27,468 nt of DNA from Octopus sinensis (taxonomy: Eukaryota), in NCBI RefSeq assembly GCF_006345805.1, contig NW_021833351.1:1-27468 (forward strand). The letters are read 5' to 3'. Made by a program: the position numbers and the translations under genes. Below the pieces are notes generated by a model. It was given only the letters and a program-made list of their open reading frames with translations, was not told the DNA's origin and did no database searches. Shown here one piece after another: positions 24,561 to 27,468 of this stretch; position 1 is the stretch's first letter, and each line of letters begins with the position of its first letter.

Positions 24561-24888
24561 AGCACTCCGTCGGTTGCGACGATGAGGATCCCAGCTGATA
24601 CGATCAACAGAACAGCTTTCTCGTGAAGTTAACTTTACGAGCAAGTCGCTGAGCACTCCACAAACACGTGTACCCTTAACGTAGTTCTCGGAGAGATTCA
24701 GCGTGACACAAAGTGTGACAAGGGTGGCCCCTTTGAAATACAGGTACTACTCATTTTTGCCAGCTGAGTGGACTGGAGCAACGTCAAATAAAGTGCCTTG
24801 CTCAAGGACACAACGCGTCGCCGGGAATTGAACTCACGACTTTACGATCATGAACTGAATGCCCTAACCACTAAGGCACACGCCTTCA
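24561..24888 (-). mobile_element. SINE family C head and core with a different 3' body
   Basis: The reverse complement reads tgaaggcgtgtgccttagtgg..gagttcaattccc..cttgagcaaggcactttatttgacgttgctccagtccactcagctg. The tail is unrelated to 13145-13340. Confidence 0.8.
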
Positions 24889-25055
24889 TACATACATATA
24901 TACATATAATATATATATATATATACATACATACACTCATACATACATTCAGACATGCACACATTCATAAATACACACATACATACATATACACATACAT
25001 ATACACATACATACATACATACATACATACATACATACATACATACATACATACA

Positions 25056-25088
<33 letters not shown>

Positions 25089-25207
25089 TCAGATATCCAT
25101 TAAAGCATTTAAATGGTACAAAAATTGTTTTTGTTTTTTTGTTTTTTGAGGGGAAAGGTTTTTTTTTGTTTTTCGAGTGTCACTTTTAAGGCTGAGTTTA
25201 CACTTAC

Positions 25208-25364
25208 GTGGGTACGGGATATAGAACCAGCTGAAGTTCTTCAATACGTGAATTCGGGAATCGGTTCGAGCCTTATAGGATTTCAGTGTCGGATCGTTTG
25301 GGAAGACATTGGTTGCTGTTAAAATACCACACAACAACCAACCAACCAGAATGCATATTAATAT
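25208..25364 (-). CDS. SLC23A: SLC23/NAT family transporter, internal exon 2 of 4 (ILICILVGWLLCGILTATNVFPNDPTLKSYKARTDSRIHVLKNFSWFYIPYP)
   Basis: Acceptor tttctattccAG and donor GTaagt. The exon is 157 nt, phase 0 in and phase 1 out. It carries the SLC23 hallmarks 'W.LC.ILT', 'ARTD' and 'WF..PYP'. Confidence 0.95.
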
Positions 25365-25475
25365 CTGGAATAGAAACGAAAGTGAAAGTAAGAGCCAGGG
25401 CCCATGTGACCATTGAAGGGTCCATATATGATTTTGTTGTTGACATTTATGTATAATAAACCGGTTTTACTTCGA

Positions 25476-25684
25476 CGAGAGGGTGCTAAAAGTGCTAAAA
25501 GAAGGATCACAGTAGGATCATTTAATTATGATTTTATTCAACATATTCCTCTTCTCAGACTCATACACTTATTGACAGCAGGGTTTCAGCTTTTCTAAGC
25601 CCTGTAAAAGAACTCGGAAGGTTGGGCATCCAACCAGGACATTCTCGATACCCTTAAAGCCAGAAAATTGTCAGCATCCCCTCG
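25476..25684. mobile_element. Degenerate mariner-like MITE
   Basis: Imperfect terminal inverted repeats: cgagagggtgctaaaagt and (reverse complement) cgaggggatgctgacaatt. Confidence 0.45.
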
Positions 25685-25724
25685 AGTATATATATATATA
25701 TACTATATACTTATTTAAAGCACT

Positions 25725-25771
25725 AAAACTGTCCGATGAACGGCAACGGGAAACTCAGAGTAACAGGTTTT
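25725..25771 (+). ncRNA. Minimal hammerhead-like motif with a variant core, fourth family
   Basis: aaaactgt-CCGATGA-acggcaacgg-GAAA-ctcagag-TA/acaggtttt. The core has a U4-to-C change and stem II is only 2 bp closed by GCAA. Confidence 0.5.
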
Positions 25772-25932
25772 GTTGAATTTTCTGCTGCTTTAAATAAAGT
25801 ATATTACTCTACCATTCGTATTTGAGTACTCTTTTTTCCACCTTGTTTCACATTTATGTGTTTACTCCGGTGTGTATATATATATATATATATATACATA
25901 TGTATTTATATATACACACACATACACATTTA

Positions 25933-26040
25933 TGAAGGCGCATGGCTTAATGGTTAGGCTGTGGCACTCGTGATGTGAAATTGTGGGTTCGATTCCCAGA
26001 CCGGGCGTTGCATTGTTTTCTTGAGCAAAGCACTTTATTT
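25933..26040 (+). mobile_element. SINE family C head fragment
   Basis: tgaaggcgcatggcttaatgg..ggttcgattccc..cttgagcaaagcactttattt. Confidence 0.75.
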
Positions 26041-26083
26041 ATGCACTTATATATATGTGTGTTGTATATATATATATAATATA

Positions 26084-26168
<85 letters not shown>

Positions 26169-26669
26169 TGTATAACACTTATACACAAAAGAGGCGACCC
26201 TTTACACGACACCTACATCCTAGAGAGGGCAGACATACCCAAACCACGAAAAAGATAATTTCAAAGAGAATGAAAATAACAATTATTTACAGTTAATCCC
26301 AAACTCGAGTTTCTGTATTAATGAACAAATAAATTTCTCATCCGTACTTCGTCAGTGGGATCGCCTAAGACAATATATAATTATGTAGCAAATACGCACC
26401 GAAATTCCACGTGTGCTGCATACTTCTACATTTATGTTTTCAAATCAACCGCGCAGGCGCAGTCATATAGTTAACAGCAAATAATAAAATTATAACTGCT
26501 TCTTTTGTGTATATATATCTCTTATTATAATATATATATATATTATTATAAATTTTTATATACGAAAATGTGTAGACTATTGAGCGAGAAGCAATTCGGA
26601 GTTGAATTTGTTGGGAGGAATATGGTAAGTTTTGGAGGAACAATCAAAAGAATTTAAACCAAAGCTTAC

Positions 26670-26790
26670 CGCCAGAGTCTTGTGTAGCATTGTCCTTTTA
26701 ATATGGAATCCTTTCTTCCTTGACCAGGCTAAAACTGGCAGTGACCACTTCGAAAGATAGAGGGAGAGGGTCAAACCGAGGGCGAGGACA
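26670..26790 (-). CDS. SLC23A: SLC23/NAT family transporter, internal exon 1 of 4 in window (xVLALGLTLSLYLSKWSLPVLAWSRKKGFHIKRTMLHKTLA)
   Basis: Acceptor tttcttcattcAG (AG at 26792-26791) and donor GTaagc (26669). The exon is 121 nt and ends in phase 0, joining the next exon in frame. The peptide resembles the SLC23 'FSQYL..V.LP.P...R.KG' region. Orthology to A1 versus A2 cannot be resolved. Confidence 0.88.
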
Positions 26791-26966
26791 CTGAATGAAG
26801 AAAATCAAAGTAATATTTGTTATTAAATTTGAAATTTTAAGAATTTTGATAAAGTGAATTCTAAAAAAAAAACAAGTTATATTCACTGTTATTCTTTTCT
26901 CTTACTCGTTTTAGCTGCGGTCATGCTGGAGCACCGCCCTGTTAATATAACAAGATTTTTTTAACA

Positions 26967-27180
26967 CAGCGAGCTGGCGGAATCGTTAGCAAGCGGGGCA
27001 AAATGTTTAGAGGGCGTTTCTTGCAGTTTTACGTTCTGAGTTCAAATTCCGCAGAAGTCGACTTTGCATTCTTAATGGGTCTATAAAATAAGCACTTGCC
27101 TAATACTGAGGCTGACATTATCAATTTACCCCCACCTCCCCCGAAATTAATGGTCTTAGTGCCAACGCTTGAAACCAGTG
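26967..27180 (+). mobile_element. SINE family A, diverged
   Basis: gcgagctggcggaatcgttagc head followed by gagttcaaattccgcagaagtcgactttgc. Confidence 0.75.
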
Positions 27181-27209
27181 TAGCAAGATTTTCTTTTATC
27201 ATTTTTTAT

Positions 27210-27387
27210 GGCATGAGGCGTGGCTGTGTGGTTACAAAGCTAGTTTCCCAATCACAAGGTTCCGAGTTCAGTCTCACTGCATGTCACCTCGGGCAAGTGT
27301 CTGTTACTATAGCTTCTAGCTGACCAAAGCCTTGTGAGTGGATTTAGTAAGCAGGAACTGAAAGAATCCCGGAGTGTGTGTATGTGT

Positions 27388-27428
<41 letters not shown>

Positions 27429-27468
27429 TGAAAACCGGTGTTGGGGTGTTTATGTCGTCGTAACTCAG
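27210..27468 (+). mobile_element. SINE family B, cut by the window end
   Basis: ggcgtggctgtgtggtt head followed by gaccaaagccttgtgagtggattt. Confidence 0.75.

Overview
This is AT-rich eukaryotic genomic DNA saturated with microsatellites. The SINE families look like those I recall from octopus (coleoid cephalopod) genomes, which is an inference and not a database result. The only supported protein-coding gene is a minus-strand SLC23/NAT (NCS2) nucleobase-ascorbate transporter. Four phase-compatible internal exons are present (26670-26790, 25208-25364, 23474-23727, 5771-6044), and both ends of the gene lie outside the window. Its substrate-binding motif is atypical: G-N-I-G replaces [Q/E/P]-N-x-G, and DSIGD replaces ESIGD. 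The introns hold three tRNA-derived SINE families, MITE-like relics, minisatellites and a phased heat-shock-element array. The most notable signal is a cluster of type I hammerhead-ribozyme (HHR) motifs from four apparently unrelated repeat families. The largest is a ~2.5-kb tandem array of ~465-bp hairpin-rich units, each with one HHR, which is the layout of a retrozyme or Penelope-like element. Two further HHRs lie in the sense orientation of the host pre-mRNA. Nearly all ORF-track entries are translated simple repeats.
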